From IMG/VR virus record IMGVR_UViG_3300014208_000001, positions 37,318 through 101,317 of that record: a DNA stretch of 64,000 bases; one strand, given 5' to 3'. The position numbers and the translations under genes were made by a program. Position 1 is the stretch's first letter; every line of letters starts with the position of its first letter. The notes under the pieces are model-generated. The model saw only the letters and a program-made list of their open reading frames with translations. It was not told the DNA's origin and ran no database searches. The DNA comes from a virus. Its lineage: Duplodnaviria; Heunggongvirae; Uroviricota; Caudoviricetes. Below are positions 18,105-28,089 of this stretch, one piece after another.

Positions 18105-19811
18105 ATGGTCAAGATCAATACAGCATTAGTGCCGTCAGTCAGTGCTGGTAATGTATTCACAAGATTAACCACAGATGATACATTAAACATCAGATGGCTA
18201 ACAGCAACAGATCCGGTGGTCTACTCAGCAGCTAATAGACCAATAGCCGATATGACTATACGACAATTAGTTATAGCTAAAAGTCTAGATAATATTGGAG
18301 TCAATGTCGGACGGCAAAATATATTCCCATTCCTGGTTCAACCATATGTTGTATCAAGTGCTGGCGAAGCAGCACTACCAACAGGATGGATATGGGATCT
18401 CAGCATGAGTATCCCATGTATTTGGCAAAATGTTAGATTAGCAAAAATTATACGATTAGCAGGTGGAACAAACGCTGGCGGAACAAATGGTGATGTATAT
18501 GACGGTACCGTCACATTAATATTTTCTGGTTCAATGAGTGGCAGCACCACAGAAGTCGGATTATTTAAATGCTCATACGAAATAGATAATACTCTATCTT
18601 ATCAAAAATCACGAATATCATTATGTGAAACTGGCGATTTCACAACAGTAGTTGACAGTACAGAAGCGAATAATTTTTGTGGATTTGTTACATTTAGAAC
18701 ATTAGATACTACAGATACTGAAACTTTAGCATTTCTAGATATTATTGAACCATCAGTAACAGCTGATAATGCATACTACTTAAGTGATACAGCTGCTGGA
18801 GGCACAGCAGTAACTGATGATTTCAGCGCGACTAGTTTATCACATGGTACTGGTTTAATACTTGACGGTGCAGTTAATTCGATTCCAGATGTTGGGTCAA
18901 GCGTTAGTGGATGGTTAGAGGCATTTAATTTTCCGTTTGATGCGGCTGCATCAAGATTAAGTGTTGACAGTATAACAATACCAGTCGGGCTATTCAGAGA
19001 GTTTGATATTTGTGCTCCTGCTGGTGATGAGCCAACTGGTGATACTAGCGGCGAATATTATCCAGTATGGGTTAGTAAGATAACAAGAGTTGGTACTGGT
19101 AGTACATTAAGATTTACATTTAGTACTTATAATATTACTGATGTTGAAACTGGCGGTGCACCCAGCACCGACCCAGTTGATTTTGGATATTTAGATTTAA
19201 GCCAAACCAATACTAGTGGTGAAATTCTTGCAATAGTTCCAAATGATGATTTGTTACTTGGAGGCGGCCATCAAGGATTCGGTAGAGGCCACGTTGTCCT
19301 TTCTAACCTTTGGGGCGACACGAGCGGTACTGTCTCAGCTTTCTTTGATGCCTTCGATACCTTGGTAGGGTCTCCAATAGAAACGGCTTTCGCGCAAAGC
19401 TCGACACGTCTAAGTAATTATGGTATTAGCAGAGTACCAAAATATATTCCAACCATAGATCAATCAAGAGCATTACTAGGAAGTACAGACAGATTAACAA
19501 CTCCAATTGAACCAAGTATAAATAATCGATACGTTTGTGAGCAAGACCAAGGATTAGGTAATCAAGTCGACGTTCAGAGTGTTGGTGGCATCACCACCGC
19601 TATTGAAAATTATGGATATACTGGTAGCCTATGCCACAGATGTGTTAAATTAGTAGTTGATCAAACTAAAATCAACTCAGATAGTGGTTTTTATGATACA
19701 TATGTGTTACCAAAATTAACAGTATTATTGGGACGTCTGCCCTTGTTCGGTGACGTATGGTATAATGGTACTTCATTCCTAACATATAACGGTGACAGCT
19801 GGCAAAGCTAG
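18105..19811 (+). CDS. Probable virion structural protein (acidic, G/S/T/D rich)
   Basis: 568 aa, composition typical of tail/baseplate proteins; C-terminal GDVWYNG...YNGDSW; AAATATATAGTAG upstream. Confidence 0.65.
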   Translation: MVKINTALVPSVSAGNVFTRLTTDDTLNIRWLTATDPVVYSAANRPIADMTIRQLVIAKSLDNIGVNVGRQNIFPFLVQPYVVSSAGEAALPTGWIWDLSMSIPCIWQNVRLAKIIRLAGGTNAGGTNGDVYDGTVTLIFSGSMSGSTTEVGLFKCSYEIDNTLSYQKSRISLCETGDFTTVVDSTEANNFCGFVTFRTLDTTDTETLAFLDIIEPSVTADNAYYLSDTAAGGTAVTDDFSATSLSHGTGLILDGAVNSIPDVGSSVSGWLEAFNFPFDAAASRLSVDSITIPVGLFREFDICAPAGDEPTGDTSGEYYPVWVSKITRVGTGSTLRFTFSTYNITDVETGGAPSTDPVDFGYLDLSQTNTSGEILAIVPNDDLLLGGGHQGFGRGHVVLSNLWGDTSGTVSAFFDAFDTLVGSPIETAFAQSSTRLSNYGISRVPKYIPTIDQSRALLGSTDRLTTPIEPSINNRYVCEQDQGLGNQVDVQSVGGITTAIENYGYTGSLCHRCVKLVVDQTKINSDSGFYDTYVLPKLTVLLGRLPLFGDVWYNGTSFLTYNGDSWQS

Positions 19812-19876
19812 TTAGTTAAGCCAGAAATCATTCAAATTTTTGTGTATTTGAGTAAATAAACTCAAAGGAACACAAA

Positions 19877-21439
19877 ATGGCGATATCGAATGATATAATT
19901 GAAACTATTATTAATTTATATTCACAAAACATATCAATATCAACAATAAGCAAGAAGATTAATATTAGTAAATATCACATCACTAAAATATTAAAATCAG
20001 CTAATATAGAGATTAAAAAATGTAATTATCAAAAATTAAATATTGATATTAATGCGATCAATAAACTATATTATGAAGACAAAAAATCAACATATGATAT
20101 AGCAAAATTATATGGTTGTAGCGATGAAACGATACGTAAATTAGTAGTTGTACGACCTATAGCTGAAAGGAACATATTATCTGAAGAGTCAATCGCTAAA
20201 ATAGCTATTAAATCTAAATTATTATGGCAAAATGAAGAATATATTAAAAAAGTGAAAAATGGAACATCAACTAAAGAGTATAAAGAAAAATTACGAAATG
20301 ATGGTATCAAGAATTATGACATGTCTTTAGGTAAGTGGATGAAATCAGCAGAGAGTAAATTAATTATATCAACATTAGCCAAAAAAAACTGGAATAATCC
20401 AGAATATCGTGCCAAACAAGAGGTGTGGTACTCTGAAAGAATAACACGTATAAGTGCCGCCGCTAAAGAAGCATTAAATGATCCAATACGTAGAGAAAAA
20501 TGGATAAACAAACTACGAAAATCATCGGCAGCAAATAGATTATCCAATGGATGGGTTAGTACACCACAAAAACAATTATATTATATACTTACAGTTTCAG
20601 ATATCACATTTAATGAGGAAGGACCTGACACAATTATAAGTCCTTTTTATACAGTCGATTGTGTAATTCCCAAACAACAAAAAATGCATAGACCTTTAAT
20701 AATAGAAGTGCAAGGCGAATATTGGCATAATCTGCCGCATGTAATTATTAAAGATAAACAAAAAGAAACATATATCCGTAACCATACTGATTATGATTTA
20801 TTAAAATTGGACGAATTAGAATTATCGTCATTTAATCAAATACAAGGAAAATTGAATGAATATGGCTTAATTATAACTAGTATAAATTGTGCAACTAGTG
20901 ATTTAATAATAGAACGAATCTCAGAAGAAGACGCTAAAATGTTTTATTCAATTTTTCATTATACAGGCACAATCAGGAAAGGCGCTATCGCTTTCGGAGC
21001 ATATTATAATAAAGAACTTATATGTGCTATAAGTTATACTTATCCGATGAGAATCGAAACCGCTCAAAAATTAAATTGTCAAATACATGAGATTATGGAG
21101 ATATCAAGATTGGCTAGAAAAACAAATGTAATATGCAAAAATTTAATTAGTTTTATGATAGGAAATACACGTAAAAAATTACAAAATATTGTTAAATTGG
21201 TTAGTTTTTCCGATTCAACATATGGCCATACTGGTAAAGTGTATGCAGCTTCTGGATTTAAATTTGATGGTTTGACTAGTGATGATTATCATTATATTTC
21301 ATTATATGGTAAATATCATAAGAAAACAATATGGGATCGATCCAAACGAATGAAAATGACAGAAGATGAATATGCTGAAAAACATGGACTAATTAAAATA
21401 AAAACATCACCGAAATCACGATGGGTTTATGATATGTGA
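19877..21439 (+). CDS. HTH/helical repeats + Vsr/DUF559-like endonuclease + Mom-like GNAT domain (homing-endonuclease-like)
   Basis: VDC...IEVQGEYWH...D..K nuclease motif; FHY.G, EISRL, LVSFSD...GHTGKVY.ASGF. Confidence 0.8.
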   Translation: MAISNDIIETIINLYSQNISISTISKKINISKYHITKILKSANIEIKKCNYQKLNIDINAINKLYYEDKKSTYDIAKLYGCSDETIRKLVVVRPIAERNILSEESIAKIAIKSKLLWQNEEYIKKVKNGTSTKEYKEKLRNDGIKNYDMSLGKWMKSAESKLIISTLAKKNWNNPEYRAKQEVWYSERITRISAAAKEALNDPIRREKWINKLRKSSAANRLSNGWVSTPQKQLYYILTVSDITFNEEGPDTIISPFYTVDCVIPKQQKMHRPLIIEVQGEYWHNLPHVIIKDKQKETYIRNHTDYDLLKLDELELSSFNQIQGKLNEYGLIITSINCATSDLIIERISEEDAKMFYSIFHYTGTIRKGAIAFGAYYNKELICAISYTYPMRIETAQKLNCQIHEIMEISRLARKTNVICKNLISFMIGNTRKKLQNIVKLVSFSDSTYGHTGKVYAASGFKFDGLTSDDYHYISLYGKYHKKTIWDRSKRMKMTEDEYAEKHGLIKIKTSPKSRWVYDM

Positions 21440-21440
21440 T

Positions 21441-22181
21441 TTATATTATGCTTGATATATCAAATTCAAAGTCGTATGATGCTCTTTTATTTGCAGGTTT
21501 CTCAGGTTCGTGAATAGGTTTATGAGGGCATGATTGTAATATACCATCATGATATTTATTTTTATCTCCTTTAATCATTACTGACATATTACACTCTGGG
21601 CAAAACCTAAGAATTTGTATTAATGGAAACTTATCAATAATTGGTTTAATGGTATCTATATCACCTGGCTCCACATTAGCGGTACCACTATTACCTCTAA
21701 CAACAGACGCATACCCACCAGATGGATAATCACTAGACAATTTCACACCATTTGATTTTAATATATTCTTCCACATATGATCGGTTGCACGCCCAGCATA
21801 ATATTTTTTCACAATTATTGGATCATATCCAAAAGCTAATCCACGTACAAGATGATTCTCAGGTGAGTCAGTATTAATCACTAAATCTACAATATCAGAA
21901 TTCTCTGGTAATGATACCATTAACTGACTACCATAGTCAATTACATATAATCCATTGAGATCGCCTTTAGCATTTTCTTTCCACGGATTGCCGACTAATC
22001 GTGCACCAGTATTCAATTCTTTAATTAGTAATTCGCTAGTGTGCTTATCACCTGGGTTAGTATGATTATGCTTACTCAATGCCCATTTTAATAATTTATT
22101 AACTGGTGGCGATTTTGGAAGAACTTTTGAAAAATAATCATATAAATCATTAGAACTTTCGATTATCGTTTTAAGTTTCAT
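21441..22181 (-). CDS. Hypothetical protein with MKLKTIIE leader (possible internal head protein)
   Basis: Leader motif; CPEC near C-terminus. Confidence 0.65.
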   Translation of the reverse strand: MKLKTIIESSNDLYDYFSKVLPKSPPVNKLLKWALSKHNHTNPGDKHTSELLIKELNTGARLVGNPWKENAKGDLNGLYVIDYGSQLMVSLPENSDIVDLVINTDSPENHLVRGLAFGYDPIIVKKYYAGRATDHMWKNILKSNGVKLSSDYPSGGYASVVRGNSGTANVEPGDIDTIKPIIDKFPLIQILRFCPECNMSVMIKGDKNKYHDGILQSCPHKPIHEPEKPANKRASYDFEFDISSII

Positions 22182-22227
22182 TGTAAAACCTATTGAGATT
22201 GTTTATTGATTTTTGCGTTAGAAACAA

Positions 22228-22440
22228 TTATATCGTTTTGAATCCGGTACCACCAGTATAACCATGGCCTGATGTTCTTTGCTTTTTGGCCCCTCCGACA
22301 GTCTTCCTATTCTTCCTATTAAGATCTAAATGTTCGTTCTCAGTTGTTGGTGCTTCATTATTAATTTGATTTCTTTCACAATTAATATGTCTGCCTAGAT
22401 ATTTATTGTTTTTAATAATATATAATTTATCTCCTGCCAC
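22228..22440 (-). CDS. Small basic protein; frame stays open upstream with a CxxC motif
   Basis: In-frame upstream KNCFVCHIKF precedes VAGDK...RHINC; true start uncertain. Confidence 0.45.
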   Translation of the reverse strand: MAGDKLYIIKNNKYLGRHINCERNQINNEAPTTENEHLDLNRKNRKTVGGAKKQRTSGHGYTGGTGFKTI

Positions 22441-22534
22441 AAATTTTATGTGGCATACAAAACAATTTTTTACTTTACATGTATCACTATCCCAAATTCT
22501 TTCAGTGGTTTCAGATAGTTGTCGTTCTGTGGTT

Positions 22535-22960
22535 TTAATTCCTAGATCTAGTTGTGTGATAATTATGTAAAATGTTAGTATTAATCATAATAGTATTAAC
22601 AGCATCTCTAGTTAAAATCGATGCTGATATATCATATAATCTATTGTTAGCGATTGATGTTGCTTCTTGATACCAACATACATTATATAACTTAATCAAT
22701 GCTAACCTAGAATGCAATAGATACAATGATATTGATATGATGCCTATCATACCAAGCCTAACTCCAATCGACTCACTAATTATCAAAAATATAACTGGCA
22801 TTATACATTGACCGCTATATAATAATGATAATATATGGTCACGCCTAATTAAGTGACTGTATTTGGTTGATAATTCGCAGAAGATTTCACTATGAAATTG
22901 ATCAAAATCAGTTTTAACCAATTCCTTAAATTCATCATACGTAATTTTGTCAATATCCAT
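22535..22960 (-). CDS. Membrane protein (two hydrophobic segments)
   Basis: CIMPVIFLII and LGMIGIISISLYLL. Confidence 0.65.
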   Translation of the reverse strand: MDIDKITYDEFKELVKTDFDQFHSEIFCELSTKYSHLIRRDHILSLLYSGQCIMPVIFLIISESIGVRLGMIGIISISLYLLHSRLALIKLYNVCWYQEATSIANNRLYDISASILTRDAVNTIMINTNILHNYHTTRSRN

Positions 22961-22968
22961 ATTTTTAT

Positions 22969-22996
22969 TTTTACATTATTACGCCGCATTGTAAAA
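22969..22996. promoter_or_regulatory. Perfect inverted repeat element, candidate bidirectional promoter
   Basis: TTTTACA-N14-TGTAAAA between divergent 22960(-) and 23031(+). Confidence 0.7.
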
Positions 22997-23030
22997 TAAA
23001 AAATGTGAGGTAGAACACATTTAGGAAATT

Positions 23031-23543
23031 ATGATGAAACACTTAACACTATTGTTTATATTAATACCTGCGCCACTTATGGCTGAATCATTTGATGCTA
23101 TAAAATCGAAAGAATATTTGCAATCTATTCAATATAAGTTAACTAGACTACGAGTTCTTCTCAAAGAAGATAAACGTGGCAGAGCTTTACGATATGAAAT
23201 GACAGCTCGGGCTATAGATTCATTACCGATGCTTAAAGTTGATGATGAATTATTAACGTTCGGTATCCATGTCAGTAGTTCATTGAGATATCAAGCTGAT
23301 GTAGAACGTCAATCGTTAGTTCATGCTGGTGTGCGTAGGGCGCAAACACGATATGGTTATTATAATGGTTATTATTTTACCCCAAATTTTAGTACGTATT
23401 ATATGAATCCAAGAGCTATAAATGCAGAAGAAAATGAAAAATCCGCTATCGTTAGATTTTCAAATTGGCGGGATATAGAAGATAAAATGGTAGAAATCAG
23501 ACGATCATTGACTCAAAAGTATAATATTGAATTTATTGAATAA
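23031..23543 (+). CDS. Secreted helical protein (signal peptide), possibly host-derived
   Basis: MMKHLTLLFILIPAPLMA signal peptide; IDSLPMLKVDDELL and IRRSLTQKYNIEF. Confidence 0.7.
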   Translation: MMKHLTLLFILIPAPLMAESFDAIKSKEYLQSIQYKLTRLRVLLKEDKRGRALRYEMTARAIDSLPMLKVDDELLTFGIHVSSSLRYQADVERQSLVHAGVRRAQTRYGYYNGYYFTPNFSTYYMNPRAINAEENEKSAIVRFSNWRDIEDKMVEIRRSLTQKYNIEFIE

Positions 23544-23979
23544 TATCCTTAATTGTAGTAAATTCAGTATAAGAGCATTCTTTATGTATTGTGAATACTG
23601 AATCGGTGCCTTCTGGTTTGACCAATAATTTAATCGATGATTCATCAGCTTGCAAATATTTCATATCAATCAAATAATTATGTGATACCAATATTGTTAC
23701 AATATTAGAATTCATATTATAAAATGCGAAACCACATCGTAAATGATACGCTTCTGTTAGTATGATATTATATATATCATTTTCGATCATTTTGAATTCT
23801 ACAGAGTGTTCAAAATCCTGCGTGCGTGGTATAGGTTTACGATAAACTTCATCAAGAACTGAATATGGCCTATGATAGATACCAAATGGTATGTGTTTAC
23901 GGCCTTCAAATGTATAAATATCCCTATCGTGGATAGTTATATCAATTGGTGGTTTAGGGATGCTGTAATAAAATTTCAT
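23533..23979 (-). CDS. Family A paralogue
   Basis: Likely start MKFYY 23979; DIYNIILTE, CSYTEF. Confidence 0.75.
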   Translation of the reverse strand: MKFYYSIPKPPIDITIHDRDIYTFEGRKHIPFGIYHRPYSVLDEVYRKPIPRTQDFEHSVEFKMIENDIYNIILTEAYHLRCGFAFYNMNSNIVTILVSHNYLIDMKYLQADESSIKLLVKPEGTDSVFTIHKECSYTEFTTIKDIIQ

Positions 23980-24491
23980 CACGTCCAGCCGTTGGCGGCA
24001 ATCTCCGCCCATATAATTTTCTCAAAATAATCGGAATCGTAATCTACCAATTTAACACTGCGTACTTTTACTCCGATAGTTATAGTAAATGCACTACGAT
24101 CACCGTCGCTATAATGTGTTTGAATCGGAAATGGATAAGTATAATCCGATTCTATTCTTGCTGGATAATAAATAGTAATATATGGTATTGTGTGATTGGC
24201 ACTACAAATTGCGACATCAAATGAATTTTTGGTACTTGATGTTGCTTTATCAAAAAGTAATTTATATTTTCTAACTGCTGAATAAATATCATTAAGTAAT
24301 ACATTTTCTATATCGCCAAATGGGACTCTATAAAATGTTTCAAATCCAGCAAATGCAAAAGATCGTAATCTCACAAATCCTTTACTATTGACGCCAATAT
24401 TGGTATAAATTAAAATTTCGCTTTGATATACGTAAAACTTATCGATTGTATTATCGGCTTGTTCTATTTTGACATAATTGGTTATAGCCAT
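23979..24491 (-). CDS. Family A paralogue
   Basis: DIENVLLND, VKLVDY. Confidence 0.75.
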   Translation of the reverse strand: MAITNYVKIEQADNTIDKFYVYQSEILIYTNIGVNSKGFVRLRSFAFAGFETFYRVPFGDIENVLLNDIYSAVRKYKLLFDKATSSTKNSFDVAICSANHTIPYITIYYPARIESDYTYPFPIQTHYSDGDRSAFTITIGVKVRSVKLVDYDSDYFEKIIWAEIAANGWT

Positions 24492-24817
24492 TTATATTTA
24501 TAGTGGTGTTTTACACCACTCCTTTCAATAATACCATCATTCACCAAGCCACGTAAAGCTTTGTTTATTGAATCTCTATTATATTGGCTTTGTATGATAC
24601 TTGTATCATTACTAATTGAATTAACCATATCACGTAATTTAAAACCATCATTGACACGATCACGATGGTTTACTATTATTTGTTTCCATGTTCTTTTTAA
24701 TTGACAAGTATTATGTTGTTGTTGATTAAGTATGACTAATTTGATCAATTCGGCAGCTTCGTTGATTTGGCAATTTATTATTATACCTGGTAGATGTGAA
24801 AATTTAACTGTTGCCAT
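24482..24817 (-). CDS. Winged-helix DNA-binding protein
   Basis: SINKALRGLVNDGIIER. Confidence 0.6.
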   Translation of the reverse strand: MATVKFSHLPGIIINCQINEAAELIKLVILNQQQHNTCQLKRTWKQIIVNHRDRVNDGFKLRDMVNSISNDTSIIQSQYNRDSINKALRGLVNDGIIERSGVKHHYKYKWL

Positions 24818-25255
24818 TTATTCCTCCGTATCAAACATTGTTAACCAGTTTTTGCAAAAATACGAACCATCGTAATCATAAAAAGAGATAGAAATTTCTT
24901 TAAATAACCGTTGATCTATATGGGCATCACAATTAATAAACAATATTTTAACTATCGATGGGTATGCGGCATTTCTTGTAATAATATGAACAACACGTCT
25001 CTGATTAATATCATTAACTTCTACAGAAACATCATTATCAATACAAATCGCATTATTAATTTTCAAATCAAATTTTGTGATTGTGTCATATATATCATTT
25101 AATAATATTGTATTAAAATCATTCAGTTTGCTAATACTAGCTATTTCAATATTAATATTTTTGTTGTTAGTTAATAATTTTGGTGATTGTCCATTGATCA
25201 CTATCGAATAATTTATTGTGCTAAAGTGTGATTGTGCTATATAAAAATCTAGCAT
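24818..25255 (-). CDS. Family A paralogue
   Basis: DFY, DFNTILLND, ISFYDY. Confidence 0.75.
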   Translation of the reverse strand: MLDFYIAQSHFSTINYSIVINGQSPKLLTNNKNINIEIASISKLNDFNTILLNDIYDTITKFDLKINNAICIDNDVSVEVNDINQRRVVHIITRNAAYPSIVKILFINCDAHIDQRLFKEISISFYDYDGSYFCKNWLTMFDTEE

Positions 25256-25701
25256 AATCTAAATGTTTCAATTAAGTAATTATAAACAAAATCATAAATC
25301 CCAGGTGATGTCCGTTCTGAATTGCCAGCTATATTAATAATTTGATAACGTTTAATAAATTCAACTGTTACTGTGTGGTTTAATGGTGTAATTATATCAA
25401 TATCTAAATATGGTTTTTTATATTGGTTTATCATATTCAACGTCAGTAATTCTCCTGATGAACTCCAATCCGATGCGAATCTTATTGTGGCGTCTGATTC
25501 TTTTACATTTAATGCTGTTCGTGGTGGATAATATGGTGATTCGTGTTCTTTTATATTAAATGCTTCTGCGAATTCTGGCCATGTGCCATCTTGTGCTTTG
25601 AACCCTTTGGGCATCCAGCCGCCAGTTTCGATATTAGAATCAAATGCGGCTATTAGTGCCGCTCTGTCTGCACCAGTTTGGCCACCAGAAATTATTTTCA
25701 T
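25249..25701 (-). CDS. SLOG superfamily protein (putative molybdenum-carrier/YpsA-like)
   Basis: MKIISGGQTGADRAAL, GGWMPKG, RT..NV..SDAT, NIAGN. Confidence 0.85.
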   Translation of the reverse strand: MKIISGGQTGADRAALIAAFDSNIETGGWMPKGFKAQDGTWPEFAEAFNIKEHESPYYPPRTALNVKESDATIRFASDWSSSGELLTLNMINQYKKPYLDIDIITPLNHTVTVEFIKRYQIINIAGNSERTSPGIYDFVYNYLIETFRLC

Positions 25702-25708
25702 TATGTTC

Positions 25709-26347
25709 TCACAGCAAAAATTTATCAACCACATCTTTAATTATTGATTTATCAAGTAATGATAATTTATATTCTTTGGAATTATCTAAAAATGATGATG
25801 AAGTTATAAAACAATAATATGTCACGTCCATATCAGTTATAAATCGTACTGATGTTCCTCTATTATTGACTCTTATTGTTGCGTTAAACATTAAGTGTAT
25901 ATCATCAGGATCTGGGTCTTTTGAACAATCAATAGCTTTTTGTCCGTTCTTAGTATCGATAATTGATGCGAATGTGATGAATTGTATTCTCTCAAGCGGT
26001 TTTGTTATTTCTATGCCATATGGTGTTTCTGACATATATCCAATCCATTCATATTTTGAAAATTTTCTGCGATTATTTCTATATTCATTGACTTTTGCGT
26101 CTGATGCACCTTTAGCATTATCTATCATAGCTGTAAATGCATTATATAACACTAAATTAAATGATTTGTTTTGAAATCTGCGTTTGTCTATTCTAGTGTA
26201 GCTGCCATCTATGTTTCTCTCATAGATCCAAATATCATCAGAATCATCTACTATTACTTTTATGCCTTTATCTTTATTAATATATGAATCTCGTATGAAT
26301 ATAAAACCATTATCTGTTAGATATTGTGTGAGCTTATCAATACCCAT
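25709..26347 (-). CDS. Family B protein
   Basis: DNGF...KDKGIKV, GASDAK; likely start MGIDKL. Confidence 0.65.
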   Translation of the reverse strand: MGIDKLTQYLTDNGFIFIRDSYINKDKGIKVIVDDSDDIWIYERNIDGSYTRIDKRRFQNKSFNLVLYNAFTAMIDNAKGASDAKVNEYRNNRRKFSKYEWIGYMSETPYGIEITKPLERIQFITFASIIDTKNGQKAIDCSKDPDPDDIHLMFNATIRVNNRGTSVRFITDMDVTYYCFITSSSFLDNSKEYKLSLLDKSIIKDVVDKFLL

Positions 26348-26351
26348 TTTG

Positions 26352-26735
26352 TTAATGCCAATGTGTAAAGACGATGCATTTGACATCTGACTCGCTAAAC
26401 TCTCTTTTCAAAAGTTCTGTTGCTTTTTTGGATAGTAGTTCACGCTGCTTTTTACCCATCATTTGTTTGACGTTAGTTATAATATTTAAATCGAACCCAT
26501 CATTTTCTAAATGTTTAGTCAAAATTTCACCGTATACAATATATTCACCATTCATTCCATCACAGATTAACGTGTGCCCATCGCAATCTGATATTATTTC
26601 TTCTTGATACGCATTATCTTCTAATTTGTTGAATTCATCGTAATGTGCTTCTGAATACTGGAAAAATTCTTGTACAGCATCATGATCGGTCAGCGCCACG
26701 CCGACCACAATGTAATGTGTTTTTACGACACCCAT
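26352..26735 (-). CDS. Hypothetical phage protein
   Basis: DGMNGEY motif, 127 aa. Confidence 0.7.
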   Translation of the reverse strand: MGVVKTHYIVVGVALTDHDAVQEFFQYSEAHYDEFNKLEDNAYQEEIISDCDGHTLICDGMNGEYIVYGEILTKHLENDGFDLNIITNVKQMMGKKQRELLSKKATELLKREFSESDVKCIVFTHWH

Positions 26736-26737
26736 AG

Positions 26738-27031
26738 TTACCTCATTAGTTTGATTTTGTTCAATGCTTGCATCAATACAGCTTCTGTATAATCTCCATA
26801 TTTTATTCGTGTCAATTGATATGATAATTTATCAGAAATTGTAATAGAATCTTGGTCTGTACTAATTTCGGCTATTGTACGTGTGATGCCCATTGCATAT
26901 GCCATTTGCCCTTTTAGTCGGACATCAATTATATATGTGTGATTTTCAGGTATACGGCATTTACGAATGAATCCTTCGAATTGGGCCGATTCGTTAATAG
27001 TCGCGATTAGTGCTTCTAAGATATCATTCAT
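26738..27031 (-). CDS. Helix-first variant related to family A
   Basis: MNDILEALI, IKYGDY. Confidence 0.6.
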   Translation of the reverse strand: MNDILEALIATINESAQFEGFIRKCRIPENHTYIIDVRLKGQMAYAMGITRTIAEISTDQDSITISDKLSYQLTRIKYGDYTEAVLMQALNKIKLMR

Positions 27032-27038
27032 ATGTAAT

Positions 27039-27066
27039 TGTTGCAGCTCATTCTGCTTTTGTAAAT
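27039..27066. promoter_or_regulatory. Copy of quasi-palindromic promoter element
   Basis: TGTTGCA-N14-TGTAAAT, 8 nt from ATG 27031 as at 4031. Confidence 0.6.
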
Positions 27067-27308
27067 TACAATTTATTTATTAATCTATTGAATCTATCTA
27101 ATTCGTGTTGTGGTAGATCTTCTAATGATTCATTACCAATTAAAACATCAAATAATCTGGTATTTATAGGTGATTTTACTCGTGTTTTATAAATTTCTAA
27201 CCTTCATCGTGATATATTTTTAATAGATTTCGATTTATATAAATGAAGCAGAAAGTCTATTACCCATGCTTCACCGGCGGTATATTTGAGAAGATTTTTA
27301 TATAACAT
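27066..27308 (-). pseudogene. 80-codon ORF with in-frame TGA at 27204-27206 (not in ORF track)
   Basis: ATG overlaps upstream TAA; MLYKNLLKYTAGEAWVIDFLLHLYKSKSIKNISR*RLEIYK...RLINKL. Confidence 0.55.
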
Positions 27309-27550
27309 TATACTATGCTTTTTTCAACTAGTTTATATGAATCTTTAGCTGGTTCGCCTTCCCGTATTATAGTACCATATTCTATTAGTGTGAAAATTGC
27401 TTTTCTTACTGCGCCGATAGCTCTAGTATTACCGTAGCATTTTATAGAAATATCAGATGCTGACATTGGCCCATCTGATAATAAATTAACAACTTTATCG
27501 AGTAATGCGATAGCCATTCTGTTTTTCACCTTGTTAACTCCAAACATCAA
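27308..27550 (-). CDS. Winged-helix DNA-binding protein
   Basis: GPMSASDIS...AVRKAIFTLIEYGTIIR. Confidence 0.6.
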   Translation of the reverse strand: MMFGVNKVKNRMAIALLDKVVNLLSDGPMSASDISIKCYGNTRAIGAVRKAIFTLIEYGTIIREGEPAKDSYKLVEKSIV

Positions 27551-28022
27551 CCCATTCTAAAAATACGCCGGAGCCAGAAGGCAATCCATCGGATGTCAAA
27601 TCAGCCCACACACATGTATCAACGCCAGTTGTTCCTATGTCATCTAAATCATACCAACCAGGTCCTTGAGTAACAGGCAATGCAATATTTTCTGATATAT
27701 CACTATTATAATGATACAAAAATGGGTCAGTTGGTAATGCAAAGCAATTAAATGTGGTACGAACGTAATCGATATATTGGACTGTGCCATCAGCTAATAT
27801 TGTGTACGCATTTGTTTCATTAGATATAATTTGGCGATTTATTGTGATAATTCCTTTAACATAAACATTATTATTTTCTATTTTGCCGGACCTGGATTCA
27901 CCCCATACGTACGGTTGCAAAATTGTAGTCGTTATATCGATTATACTATTTTTAGTTATCCATTCTATCATGTATTGTTGCTCATATGCGTCTTTGAAGT
28001 ATATATTGCCGTTCGGTTCCAT
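27534..28022 (-). CDS. Hypothetical, probably structural protein
   Basis: GGAGG RBS, CAAATATAT upstream, acidic. Confidence 0.6.
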   Translation of the reverse strand: MEPNGNIYFKDAYEQQYMIEWITKNSIIDITTTILQPYVWGESRSGKIENNNVYVKGIITINRQIISNETNAYTILADGTVQYIDYVRTTFNCFALPTDPFLYHYNSDISENIALPVTQGPGWYDLDDIGTTGVDTCVWADLTSDGLPSGSGVFLEWVDVWS

Positions 28023-28089
28023 AATTCCTCCGTTATATATATTTGGTCCACTGCAAAGCTAAAACAGATAATACTATAAAGGCAACAGA

